From the NCBI GenBank assembly GCA_945873715.1, contig CAMCFL010000001.1:1-28901 (forward strand): a stretch of 28,901 nt of DNA. Direction: 5' to 3'. This stretch comes from Akkermansia muciniphila (GTDB lineage: Bacteria > Verrucomicrobiota > Verrucomicrobiia > Limisphaerales > UBA9464). A program made the position numbers and the translations under genes. Of this stretch, positions 15,251 to 24,114 are shown one piece after another. The notes under the pieces are model-generated. The model was not told the origin of the DNA, made no database searches, and saw only the letters and a list, made by a program, of their open reading frames with translations. Positions within the stretch are counted from its first letter, which is position 1. Each line of letters opens with the position of its first letter.

Positions 15251-16033
15251 GTGAATCGCTTCGGCCATCTGGAGTTCGACGATTCATTGCCCACGCAATC
15301 GTCGGCGATGCATCCCCCCCTGACAGACGAGGCGCGCTGTGTTTCGGAGGCGGATGCGGCATTCGGACGAGCCGAGTTTGAGACGGCACTCCGATGGTAC
15401 GGCAAGGTCCTGGAATACAATCCCCACAATGTGGCTGCCTGGGCCGGGCAGGTGAAGGCGCTCATTGAGCTCGGTCAGTTCAAGGAGGCCAATGTCTGGG
15501 CGGACAAGGCGCTGGAACGGTATCCGGACTCGCCCGAGATCCTCTCCGGCAAGGCGGTGGCCCTGGGTCGGATGGGGCGTCCGGAGGAAGCGCTGCCCTT
15601 CTCCGATGCAGCCCTCGAAAAGACCGGGGAACTGCCTTGGGTCTGGCTCGCCCGCGGGGATGTCCTTCTCTCCGCCGGACGCAAGCAAGTGGACGCCTGC
15701 TTCGACCGGGCCCTGCGTCTGGCACCGGGCGACTGGCTGGTACGCTGGCTCGCAGGCCGGATCCGGGCGCACTGGAAGCAGTTTGCCCTGGCCCTCAAAC
15801 ATGTGCGCGAGGCGGTCTCGCTTGCGCCCGATCATCCCGCTGCCTGGGTGACCATGGCCGAATGCCAGATGGCCCTGGGCCTGGGCGATGGAGCCCGGCA
15901 ATCCATCCAACAGGCTCTGAGCCTCGCTCCCGAACATCCCGGAGCGCTTGGGATGTTGCGTGGACTCGACGAACAGGGCTGGCTTGGACGCGCCGGTGGA
16001 ACCATGCGCCGCTGGCTGGGCCGCGAGAACTGA
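15251..16033 (+). CDS. Tetratricopeptide repeat protein
   Basis: Successive TPR motifs (ALRWYGKVLEYNPHNVAAW, ALERYPDSPEIL, ALRLAPGDW, AVSLAPDHPAAW). The start is uncertain: GTG 15251 or ATG 15308. Confidence 0.85.
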   Translation: MNRFGHLEFDDSLPTQSSAMHPPLTDEARCVSEADAAFGRAEFETALRWYGKVLEYNPHNVAAWAGQVKALIELGQFKEANVWADKALERYPDSPEILSGKAVALGRMGRPEEALPFSDAALEKTGELPWVWLARGDVLLSAGRKQVDACFDRALRLAPGDWLVRWLAGRIRAHWKQFALALKHVREAVSLAPDHPAAWVTMAECQMALGLGDGARQSIQQALSLAPEHPGALGMLRGLDEQGWLGRAGGTMRRWLGREN

Positions 16034-16057
16034 CGTCCCCCATTTCCCACTCTTTCC

Positions 16058-17128
16058 ATGACACTCAGGATTCATCCGGAGATCGACCGTCTGCTTCAGG
16101 GAGGAGCCGACATGGGGGCGTCGGACCTGCACGTGATCGCCGGGGTTTCCGCCGCCTTTCGGGTCAACGGTGAGATCATCCTGGCCGAGGAAGAACCATT
16201 CACCCCCGAAGAGGTGACCGCGATGGCGTTCTCGCTCCTCTCGGAGGCGCAGCAGCAGAAGTTTGAGCAGGAATGGAAACTGTGCGTCTCGATCCGCCAT
16301 CCGGGGGCCGGGCGGGTCCGGGTGACGTTGTACCGACGGAACGGGGCGGCGGAACTGAGCCTTCGGTTTTGCGGGGAATCCGTCTCGACCCGCGAACAGT
16401 TGGGATTGCCGATCAAACTGGAGGATCTGGTGCGGCGCCCGAATGGGTTGGTTCTCATCACCGGGCCGACAGGTTCCGGCAAGACGACCACCCTGAACTA
16501 TCTGGTCGATCTCCTGAACAGCGAGCGCCGTTGCAAGATCCTCACCATCGAGGATCCCATCGAGTATGTGCACGAGAACCGTCGCGCGCTCATCGTGCAA
16601 CAGGAGGTCCTCACCGACGTCCGTTCCTTCAATCGCGCCCTGATCCACGCCCTGCGACAGGACCCCGACGTGATGGTGATCGGTGAGATCCGGGATCACG
16701 AGGCGATCGCGACCGCCCTGACCGCGGCCGAGACCGGCCATCTGGTTCTCGCCACCATGCATTCTCCGGGAGTGACCCACGCCCTCGAGCGGATCAACGG
16801 GGTGTTTGAAGGCAGCGCCCAGCGTCAGGTCGTATTGCAACTGGCCAACACCCTGCAGGGAATCATCGCCCAGGAACTGCTGCCGTCCGTCGATCGCCTT
16901 GGTCGCGTCCTGGCCTATGAACTCCTGATCGCCAACACCGCCATCCGGACGGTCATCCGCCAGAACGAGCTGCACCATCTCTACAACGTCATGCAGACCG
17001 GGCAGCGCGACGGGATGGTGCTCATGGACAACTGCCTCATGGATCTCTACGGCAAGGCGCAGATCACCTACGACACCGCCATCTCCAAGGCCCGTCAACC
17101 CGACCGCTTCCAGCAGTTCGTGGGGTGA
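16058..17128 (+). CDS. pilT: PilT/PilU-family type IV pilus retraction ATPase
   Basis: ASDLH, Walker A GPTGSGKTTT, Asp box TIEDPIEY, LRQDPDVMVIGEIRD, His box GHLVLATMH, and AIRTVIRQ (an AIRNLIRE-like motif). Confidence 0.9.
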   Translation: MTLRIHPEIDRLLQGGADMGASDLHVIAGVSAAFRVNGEIILAEEEPFTPEEVTAMAFSLLSEAQQQKFEQEWKLCVSIRHPGAGRVRVTLYRRNGAAELSLRFCGESVSTREQLGLPIKLEDLVRRPNGLVLITGPTGSGKTTTLNYLVDLLNSERRCKILTIEDPIEYVHENRRALIVQQEVLTDVRSFNRALIHALRQDPDVMVIGEIRDHEAIATALTAAETGHLVLATMHSPGVTHALERINGVFEGSAQRQVVLQLANTLQGIIAQELLPSVDRLGRVLAYELLIANTAIRTVIRQNELHHLYNVMQTGQRDGMVLMDNCLMDLYGKAQITYDTAISKARQPDRFQQFVG

Positions 17129-17144
17129 GGGTTTTCGCCTGCGG

Positions 17145-17634
17145 GTAGGCGTCGACGTCAGGAGACTCTGTTCTTCGGACGAGCTCCGCGAGTCCGTGAG
17201 TGTCCCCGCCCGACCAGAATGAGCCTCGTGACCTCGTCTCCTACGGGATGAGGGGAAACCCTCACTCCATGGGAACGCGACTCGGTCCACCCACGGTCCC
17301 CGCCGCTCCCGAAGGACGCCCGTTTCCGTCGGCGCCTCGTAGGAGACGACGTAAGGAGGCTCTGACTTCCATTCGGACGCGACTCGGCCCCGGAGCGTTG
17401 CCGCCCGATCGAAGTGAGCCTCGTGACCTCGTCTCCTACGGGATGAGGGGAGACCCTCACTCCATGGGAACGCGACTCGGTCCACCCACGTTCCCCGCCA
17501 CTCCCGAAGTACGCCTGCTTCCGTCGGCGCCTCGTAGGAGACGACGTAAGGAGGCTCTGACTTCCATTCGGACGCGACTCGGCCCAGGAGCGTTGCCGCC
17601 CGATCGAAGTGAGCCTCGTGACCTCGTCTCCTAC
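17145..17634. repeat. BIME-like array of six alternating 24-bp GTAG REP units with a 195-bp period
   Basis: Forward units at 17145, 17339 and 17534 (GTAGGAGACGACGTAAGGAGGCTC type) and reverse units at 17221, 17416 and 17611. The linkers are also near-identical between periods. Confidence 0.9.
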
Positions 17635-17644
17635 GGGATGAGCT

Positions 17645-17729
17645 GTAGGCCCGCTGCCCTCAGCGGGCGGTGCCTGATCGCCGCCTGAGGGCAGGCAGCC
17701 TACACCCATGATCTACCTGGGACGCGCCA
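17645..17729. mobile_element. MITE/REPIN composite copy lacking its left arm
   Basis: 59-nt core at 17645-17703 plus a degenerate 26-nt arm, abutting the BIME-like array. Confidence 0.75.
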
Positions 17730-17792
17730 GGCGTGGTCCGTCACTGAAACGTGGCTGGCAAAGGATCGCGAAAGTTGCTACACGCTGTCGCC

Positions 17793-18593
17793 ATGAAACG
17801 GGAGGGACACCCCAGGAACTCGACCGGCTTTCAACGTGCCTTCACGCTGATCGAGCTGCTGGTGGTCATCGCCATCATCGCCATCCTGGCTTCCATGCTC
17901 CTCCCCGCCCTGGGCAAGGCGAAGGCCAAGGCACAGGGCGTGTTCTGCCTCAACAACACCAAGCAACTCGCCGTCGCCACCCACCTCTATTCCGGCGACA
18001 ATCAGGAGTGGCTTCCCCCCATCCAACAACGCATCACCGGCGGGGAAGTCAGTTGGCGTCCGGCCCTCTACCGCTACCTCGGCTCCAGTCCGCGGGCCTA
18101 TGATTGTCCCACCGAAAAGGACGAGTCCTATGCCGCCGCGCGTCCGGCCGGGATGAAGAAGGGGGCCGGGAATCGCTCGGTGCTCGGTCAGATGGCCGAT
18201 GCCGAGATGGACATCCCCAGCGGAATCGGGGCGGTCAATGTGCACTGGACGATCGGAGGCGCGAACCCGCCCTTCGGCCGGCCCAAGGGTTATGAAGACA
18301 ACCTTGCTCGTTGGGGGACGATCGAGGCTCCCAGCCAGTTGATCCTTTTTGCCGATGGTCACAGTGATGTGAACGGCGTCTGGCTGCGGGATCGCTGGTG
18401 GATCTGGAAGGAACTGGGCAACGCGAATTCGCCGGGTTTCAACCGGGTGGCCCAGGGCGACAAGGGAGCCGTCCGCCACCAACGGAAATCCAATCATGCC
18501 TTTGCCGATGGCCACGGCGAGTTGCTCGATCCGGGTCGGATTCCCTGCAACACCAACGCCTGCTGGTGGTCGGTCCGTGCCGATCCGCACTGA
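17793..18593 (+). CDS. Prepilin-type N-terminal cleavage/methylation protein with H-X9-DG motif
   Basis: [26 protein letters not shown], then CLNNTKQL, and a C-terminal [12 protein letters not shown]. Likely start is ATG 17793. Confidence 0.92.
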   Translation: MKREGHPRNSTGFQRAFTLIELLVVIAIIAILASMLLPALGKAKAKAQGVFCLNNTKQLAVATHLYSGDNQEWLPPIQQRITGGEVSWRPALYRYLGSSPRAYDCPTEKDESYAAARPAGMKKGAGNRSVLGQMADAEMDIPSGIGAVNVHWTIGGANPPFGRPKGYEDNLARWGTIEAPSQLILFADGHSDVNGVWLRDRWWIWKELGNANSPGFNRVAQGDKGAVRHQRKSNHAFADGHGELLDPGRIPCNTNACWWSVRADPH

Positions 18594-18598
18594 GCCCC

Positions 18599-19087
18599 AT
18601 GCGCCGCCAGAACTTCAAGTGGATCGGGGTCGCCCTGCTCGTCGTCGCCGCCGGGTGGCGACTGTGGATGGCGTTGAGGTCGGATCCGGGCGTTTCCGAG
18701 CGGGCCTGGTTCTACGATCTCAGCGAGAAGAAGCTGTTCATCGCCCAGCGCGGCCTGATTCCCCCGATCCGAGGAATCAACAGCGCGGAGGAAGACGGCG
18801 TGCGTGCGGTGGTCGTGGCTCCGCCCGGGAAGTGCGATGACCCCGCCGCCCGGCGCATCGCCTATCTCGAGACCAATGCGCCGGAGTTGAAGCAGTCCCT
18901 CGACACCGCCCGGGCTGCGGGAACCACTCCCACCATCAGCCGGGGACAGGCCCAATCCCTGCGTCTCGTCCGTCGTCCCAACGACACCACCTGGTTCTCG
19001 CTCGGCTCGCCGGAAGGGGAGGCCATCGTGTCGGAGTGGGCCGTCCCCGGACCGGACGGACTCAGTCCGTCCGTCTGTACGCCGTGA
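18599..19087 (+). CDS. Hypothetical single-TM protein
   Basis: ATG 5 nt after the prepilin stop. N-terminal TM (WIGVALLVVAAGWRLW) is followed by a globular domain (WFYDLSEKKLF...GVRAVV...IAYLE). Confidence 0.8.
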   Translation: MRRQNFKWIGVALLVVAAGWRLWMALRSDPGVSERAWFYDLSEKKLFIAQRGLIPPIRGINSAEEDGVRAVVVAPPGKCDDPAARRIAYLETNAPELKQSLDTARAAGTTPTISRGQAQSLRLVRRPNDTTWFSLGSPEGEAIVSEWAVPGPDGLSPSVCTP

Positions 19088-19136
19088 GGCAGGACGCCTT
19101 CCACCTGATCCTTTCTCAGCAACCCACCTACAACCC

Positions 19137-21170
19137 ATGAATCAAATGAAATACTGGATCGGACTGGCCCTCATCGGCCTGACGACTGCGGCGCAGGCTC
19201 AGACGCCGTCGATCGAGTTGGACCACCACGCCTATCTGCCGGGCGAGGCCATCGTGGCCACGTTTGCCGGGGGACCTGCCAATCCCAAGGATTGGATCGG
19301 TGTCTATCCCGAAGGAGTGACGCCCGGGGCCCAGGGCTCGACCATCTGGCGTTATGTGGATGGCGGCACTGCGGGCAATGCGGGGCTGAGTGACGGTTCG
19401 GTGAGTTGGCCGAATGGCCTTGGCTTCGCCGGTTCCTGGACCGCCTTCCTGCTGCTCAATGACAACTACGATGTCCTGGCCCAATCGACCTTCACCGTGG
19501 TCGAGTCCACCAGCCCGGTGGTCCGTCGCGACAAGAAGACCTACGCGCCGGGCGAGGCCATCGCACTCAGCTTCACCAACGGCCCCGCCAACGCCAAGGA
19601 TTGGATCGGAGTCTATCCCGAGGGCGTGACCCCGGGTTCCCAGAATTCGACGATCTGGCGTTACGTGGATGGCACTTCCGCCGGCAACACCGGCGTCTCC
19701 TCGGGCACCATTCCCTTCGCGACCGGGCTCTCCACGGTCGGCCGTTATGTCGCCTACCTCCTTTCCAACGACGGCTACGACATCCTCGCCAGCGAACCGC
19801 TGCTGGTGGCCGCGCCGGTCAATGCCGCTCCCCGGCTCATCGGATCGGATCCCGTCGACGGTTCCACCGACGGAAATCCGGTCGCTTCCTTTTCCGCCAC
19901 CGTGCTGCCGGGTACCGGGTCGGTGAATGCCGACGGGGTGCAATTGCAATTCGACGGAGTGCCGGTGACCCCGACGGTCGAAGTGCAGGCCGATCGCTCG
20001 ATCATCCGGTACACCGGAACGGCCCTGTTGCCGGTGGGCTCCCCGCATGTCCTCCGGCTCGTCGCCGGCAATACCGCCGGGTTGAAGATCACCAATGAGA
20101 TCCGCTACAGCGTCGGGTCCTACTCGAATCTGGTCCTTCCGGCTCCTTTCTATCTCGAGACCTTTGACTCGGTGGCCGAGGGAGGGCTCCCGGCGGGCTG
20201 GACCGGCCGGACCTACACCGATGTGCTCAATCAGGAGATCGACTTCGGCAACCTCGACAGCGCCGCCTACAAGGGCTGGACGGTCGTGGAAGCCAGCCGT
20301 TTCACCGGCACGTTCGTCACCTATAGCGATCCCGCCAACCCCGCGGCGTGGGGCGCGGATTACCAACGCGTGTTGCGGGTCGGAGCCCGGATCGTGGCGA
20401 ATGGGGTCCAGGTCCAGCAGTTGGCCACCGGCCGGATGCTCTTCGGAAACTCGGGTTACCGGAATGGCCGGGGCCAGGTGATGTTCCTGGAGACCGCTGA
20501 CTTCAATCTCACCGGCAAGACCGACGTCCACATGGCCTTCAATGCCCTCTGGGAACAGAATCAGGACAGCATCGGTGCCGTGGAGTATTCCATTGATGGC
20601 GGTGCCAACTGGCTGCCGGTGGCCTACTACCTCGCAGCGGGAGATGTCGTCCGCCTCGAAAGCGGTGAGATTGATGCCGAGACCACCCTCACCACCGAGC
20701 ACGGGGACGTCGCGCGCTACACCGACGAGGGTGGCAATGAACTCGGCGGGACGTATGGAGCCTTCATCGGCGCCCCGGTTTCCGCGGCGCTCTCCCCTTA
20801 CATCGAGGCGCGCATCGATGACAGCGCCACGGATGGCAAGCGGATCGAAGTGCGCCGCCTTCCCGCCGCCGACGGACAATCCCGGGTCCGCTTCCGCTTC
20901 GCCCACGCCGGCGCGGACAGCTGGTACTTCGGGCTCGATAACCTCGGTCTGTACTCAATCCCCTCGACTCCCGTGGTTGCGCCGACCGTGGCCGCCACCA
21001 TGGAAGCGGGAGGCCTTCGCCTCACCTGGCCGGCTTCGCCCGGCTTCGTGCTGGAACAGCGGGCCGAGGTCAGCACCGGCTCCTGGAGCCCGGTCGCAGG
21101 CGTCTCTGGCAACAGCGCGTTGGTGCCTGTGACCGCCGACCGTCAGTGGTTCCGCCTCAATCGACCTTGA
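19137..21170 (+). CDS. Large secreted protein with two DWIGVY Ig-like repeats and a C-terminal WFR tail domain
   Basis: Sec signal (MNQMKYWIGLALIGLTTAAQA), two repeats with a 103-aa period, beta-rich central domains, and a tail LTW...FVLEQ...W...QWFRLNRP. Confidence 0.85.
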   Translation: MNQMKYWIGLALIGLTTAAQAQTPSIELDHHAYLPGEAIVATFAGGPANPKDWIGVYPEGVTPGAQGSTIWRYVDGGTAGNAGLSDGSVSWPNGLGFAGSWTAFLLLNDNYDVLAQSTFTVVESTSPVVRRDKKTYAPGEAIALSFTNGPANAKDWIGVYPEGVTPGSQNSTIWRYVDGTSAGNTGVSSGTIPFATGLSTVGRYVAYLLSNDGYDILASEPLLVAAPVNAAPRLIGSDPVDGSTDGNPVASFSATVLPGTGSVNADGVQLQFDGVPVTPTVEVQADRSIIRYTGTALLPVGSPHVLRLVAGNTAGLKITNEIRYSVGSYSNLVLPAPFYLETFDSVAEGGLPAGWTGRTYTDVLNQEIDFGNLDSAAYKGWTVVEASRFTGTFVTYSDPANPAAWGADYQRVLRVGARIVANGVQVQQLATGRMLFGNSGYRNGRGQVMFLETADFNLTGKTDVHMAFNALWEQNQDSIGAVEYSIDGGANWLPVAYYLAAGDVVRLESGEIDAETTLTTEHGDVARYTDEGGNELGGTYGAFIGAPVSAALSPYIEARIDDSATDGKRIEVRRLPAADGQSRVRFRFAHAGADSWYFGLDNLGLYSIPSTPVVAPTVAATMEAGGLRLTWPASPGFVLEQRAEVSTGSWSPVAGVSGNSALVPVTADRQWFRLNRP

Positions 21171-21235
21171 GCAGGGGCGGGGTCTCGTCGAGACCCCGGT
21201 TTCCAAAGGCCAGATCCCATTGGCCGAAGGACGCG

Positions 21236-21264
21236 GGGAACGGGCGGCTCGCCCGTTCCCTTCC
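21236..21264. terminator. Hairpin between convergent genes, possible terminator
   Basis: GGGAACGGGCG-GCT-CGCCCGTTCCC (11-bp stem) followed by TTCC. Another hairpin, GGGGTCTCG-T-CGAGACCCC, lies at 21179-21197. Confidence 0.4.
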
Positions 21265-21558
21265 ATTCAAGCCTTCGCCTTCTGCCTTACGGGCGGCTGC
21301 CAACCGTGAGCGCGATGCCCTTTCCCCGGCGTCCCCCCGTTTCCCAAGCCCCGATCCGCAGCCTTGACCGTGGATGGCAGGACAGGGACCCACGAGGTCG
21401 ACGAACCCAGGGATGGGTCGTGGGATCTCGGACTCCCGGAGGTCGTCCCAGAGCTCGTCCGGAGGCGCGTCATGGGGCAGCAAGATCTCATGCGAAGGGA
21501 GTTTCTCAGTACCGGCGGGCCGCCGGCACCTCCCGTTCTCGGACCGTCGAATCGGGGC

Positions 21559-22746
21559 TCAGGCTTTGGCCCCGAGCTTGACCCATTTGCGGCTGCGACT
21601 GCTCTTCAGCACCGCGTCGCACAGGCGCACCTCATGATGCCCGTCGTCCGCCGTGGCGAAGAGCACCTGGGTCTTCCGGCCGGAGGCGATGTGCTCGTAA
21701 ATCGCCCGATAGTTCATCTTGTGGCTGTCCGGGAATCCCTCGGGATGTCCCCCCGGCGTGTCCGTGAATCCCGCAACGTCGTCCGCGAACCCGGCCGTGC
21801 CCCGCTGCAGGATCTGGTCGGGGGAATCCCGGCGGCCAACCCGGATCTCATTCGGCTGCTGGAATTCCCACTGGAGCGATCCGTTCGTCCCGTAGATCCC
21901 CACGTACAGGCTGCATTTCCATCCGGCGGCCACCTGGGAGATCGAGGCGTTGGCGTGGACGTACTCAGCAAAACCATGCGATGACTTGCCGTACTTCAGC
22001 AGCAGGCTGCCGAAATCCTCGGTGTCCACCGGGTATGAAACCAGGTCCGACGGATCGGCCTTCGCAAAGGTCTTGAGCTCGGTCCGCGGACGCTTCCGCA
22101 CCTTGTGAAAGGTCTCGGTGTGGGCGAAGACCGATTCCGCCCGGGCTCCCAGAATGAAGGAGACCGTGTCGATCCAGTGCGTCCCGATGTCGCCGATCGC
22201 CCGCAGCGGTCCGCCCTCGGCCGCCAGCACCCGCCAGTTGTAATCGGTGTCCTTGAGAAGCCAGTCCTGGAAGAAGTGACCCTGCACATGGATGACGCGG
22301 CCGATGTCCCCGCGCTGGACCATCGCGCGCATCTGGAGGACGGCCGGGAAGAACCGGCACATGTAGTTGACGGCGAACACCGGGGCCTGGCGTTTCTTCA
22401 AGGCGGTCAGGACCCGCTGGGTCTCGCGCGGGTTCATGCCCAGGGGCTTCTCGCACACCACATGTTTCCCCGCCGCCAGCGCCGCCAGCGATTGCTCCAC
22501 GTGCACCTTGTTCGGCGAGGTGATGTGCACCACGTCCACGTTCGGCGAGCGATACATCGCCGCGTAGTCGTAATCGCCGTACACCTCCGGGATTCCCCAC
22601 TTGTCCGCCGTCGCCCGCGCCGATGCCGTCGAACCGCAGATCGCCGTCACCTGCACGCCAAGACGTCGCAGGGCCTCGATGTGGACCGGCCCGATGAAGC
22701 CCGTGCCGATGATCCCGGCCCGGAGGGAATGCAATGGAAGGTTCAT
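21559..22746 (-). CDS. Gfo/Idh/MocA-family oxidoreductase
   Basis: Rossmann GIIGTGFIG, HVVCEKP, and GGPLRAIGDIGTHWID. Confidence 0.92.
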   Translation of the reverse strand: MNLPLHSLRAGIIGTGFIGPVHIEALRRLGVQVTAICGSTASARATADKWGIPEVYGDYDYAAMYRSPNVDVVHITSPNKVHVEQSLAALAAGKHVVCEKPLGMNPRETQRVLTALKKRQAPVFAVNYMCRFFPAVLQMRAMVQRGDIGRVIHVQGHFFQDWLLKDTDYNWRVLAAEGGPLRAIGDIGTHWIDTVSFILGARAESVFAHTETFHKVRKRPRTELKTFAKADPSDLVSYPVDTEDFGSLLLKYGKSSHGFAEYVHANASISQVAAGWKCSLYVGIYGTNGSLQWEFQQPNEIRVGRRDSPDQILQRGTAGFADDVAGFTDTPGGHPEGFPDSHKMNYRAIYEHIASGRKTQVLFATADDGHHEVRLCDAVLKSSRSRKWVKLGAKA

Positions 22747-22815
22747 GATGGAGTGCGGTCAGGTTTCCCCCTTTGCGGACAGGTTTGAAGTTCCAACCGT
22801 GAAAACGCAGTGGTT

Positions 22816-22956
22816 TATCCGCAGATGGCGCAGATCACGCAGATGGGGAGGCACGAGGTGTGCGTCGAAGACGAATTGGCAGTTCCACTCCGCTGATGCG
22901 GGATATTCGGCGGGAAATGGGCTCGTCATCTGCGCCATCTGCGCCATCTGCGGATA
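22816..22956. repeat. Inverted arrays of the 9-mer CGCAGATGG / ATCTGCGCC
   Basis: 22816-22845 matches the reverse complement of 22927-22956 at 28/30. Another copy lies at 15076-15092. Confidence 0.8.
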
Positions 22957-23045
22957 GTACTCTTCGGAGGGACGAGCATCCCCCTCGGCTGCATCTCCCA
23001 ACTTCCCCCTTCGATCTTCGCGCGTTCCCCTTCTACCTTCCTTCC

Positions 23046-23924
23046 ATGCGCGTGCTTTGTGTCCATGCCCACTTCGACGACTTCGAGTTCGTCGCCGCGG
23101 GAACCTTCGAACTGCTGCGTCGGACCGCCGGTCCGGATTTCCGGATGCGGGTCCTCGTGTGCACCGATGGCCGATCGGGCCACCAGTTCCGGACCCGGGA
23201 CGAGACGGCACGTCTACGGCTCTTGGAACAGGGGGAAAGCGCCGCCATCGGGCGCTACGAGTTCGAACTCCTCCGCAAACCCAATGGCCAACCCTTCGAG
23301 GAAGCCTGTCGGACCCTGACCACCGACCTGCTCGCCAGCCTCTGGCGGTCCATCCGCGAGTTTCAGCCGGACTACCTCTTCTGCCCGCCCCTGCCATCGG
23401 ATCCCACGGCCGGCGTGCACCCCGATCACCTGACCGTGGCGGAGGCCATCCGGCGGGTGGCCTACATGATCAACGTGCCGCATGCCTTCCTCGGGGAATT
23501 TCCCATCAGCGATGAAACCCAATCCACCTGGATCCACACTCCGGTCATCCTCAGCACCTACGACGGCTACATGGCCGGGGCCAACGCCTGCGACCTGGTG
23601 GTGGATGTCGAATCCGTCTTCGACGTGATTGCCGCCGAGTCCTGGTGTCATCAGAGCCAGATCAACGAATGGCTTCCCTGGGTGGCCCGGCATCACATCC
23701 AACCCACCGCGAACCTCGACGAATGGACGGCCAAGCTCCGGGGTCGCTTCGCCCGTCAGGCCCGCGAACTCGGGTTGCCGGAGGCGCGCGCGCATGAAGT
23801 CTTCAACGTGACCGCCTGGGGCAGCGTTCCCACCCGGACCCAACTGGAGGACGATTTCCCCGGACTCGTCCGCGACCAGGCCCGCTCCGCCCGCCTGGAC
23901 GCCAAACTCGCGCGCTTCGCCTGA
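23046..23924 (+). CDS. PIG-L/LmbE-family de-N-acetylase
   Basis: MRVLCVHAHFDDFE (HxDD metal motif), VCTDG, R..E, and HPDH. Likely start is ATG 23046. Confidence 0.88.
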   Translation: MRVLCVHAHFDDFEFVAAGTFELLRRTAGPDFRMRVLVCTDGRSGHQFRTRDETARLRLLEQGESAAIGRYEFELLRKPNGQPFEEACRTLTTDLLASLWRSIREFQPDYLFCPPLPSDPTAGVHPDHLTVAEAIRRVAYMINVPHAFLGEFPISDETQSTWIHTPVILSTYDGYMAGANACDLVVDVESVFDVIAAESWCHQSQINEWLPWVARHHIQPTANLDEWTAKLRGRFARQARELGLPEARAHEVFNVTAWGSVPTRTQLEDDFPGLVRDQARSARLDAKLARFA

Positions 23925-23938
23925 GGCGCGGCTCGGAT

Positions 23939-24023
23939 GTAGGCCCGCTGCCCTCAGCGGGCGTTTCCTCATCGCCGGCTGAGGGCAGGCGGCCTGCATC
24001 CGTGACCGACTCAAGTTGCGCCC
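23939..24023. mobile_element. MITE/REPIN composite copy lacking its left arm
   Basis: Core at 23939-23997 plus the 26-nt arm ATCCGTGACCGACTCAAGTTGCGCCC. Confidence 0.8.
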
Positions 24024-24114
24024 CCCGACCTCCTCCCCCCAATTCGGGTCTTGTCGGGCTTCCTGCCCTGCCCCATAGCCATTCGACACGTCACCTTCAG
24101 GTCCCGCCACTGCC

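Noticed and set aside
15284-17485. 733-aa minus-strand ORF, and similar long ORFs 9676..11667, 11914..13446, 19128..20906, 27234..28742 and 5018..6766
   Set aside because: Antisense shadows of well-supported genes, expected at this GC content, with no recognisable motifs.
17145-17634. CRISPR array interpretation of the regularly spaced 24-bp units
   Set aside because: Units alternate in orientation, the spacers are near-identical repeats, and no cas genes are present.
17158-17709. ORFs with repeated peptides (17200..17688, 17158..17709) and ORFs 4690..4899, 14938..15381
   Set aside because: They are conceptual translations of the repeat elements, not credible genes.
17756-17775. Sigma-54 promoter upstream of the prepilin (TGGCAAAGGATCGC)
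   Set aside because: GG-to-GC spacing is 9 nt rather than the required 10.
22860-23045. ORF-track upstream starts (458, 6823, 8542, 15119, 17751, 18398, 22860, 25152, 27160)
   Set aside because: The extensions are low-complexity, overlap neighbouring genes or repeats, and precede clear domain or signal-peptide starts.
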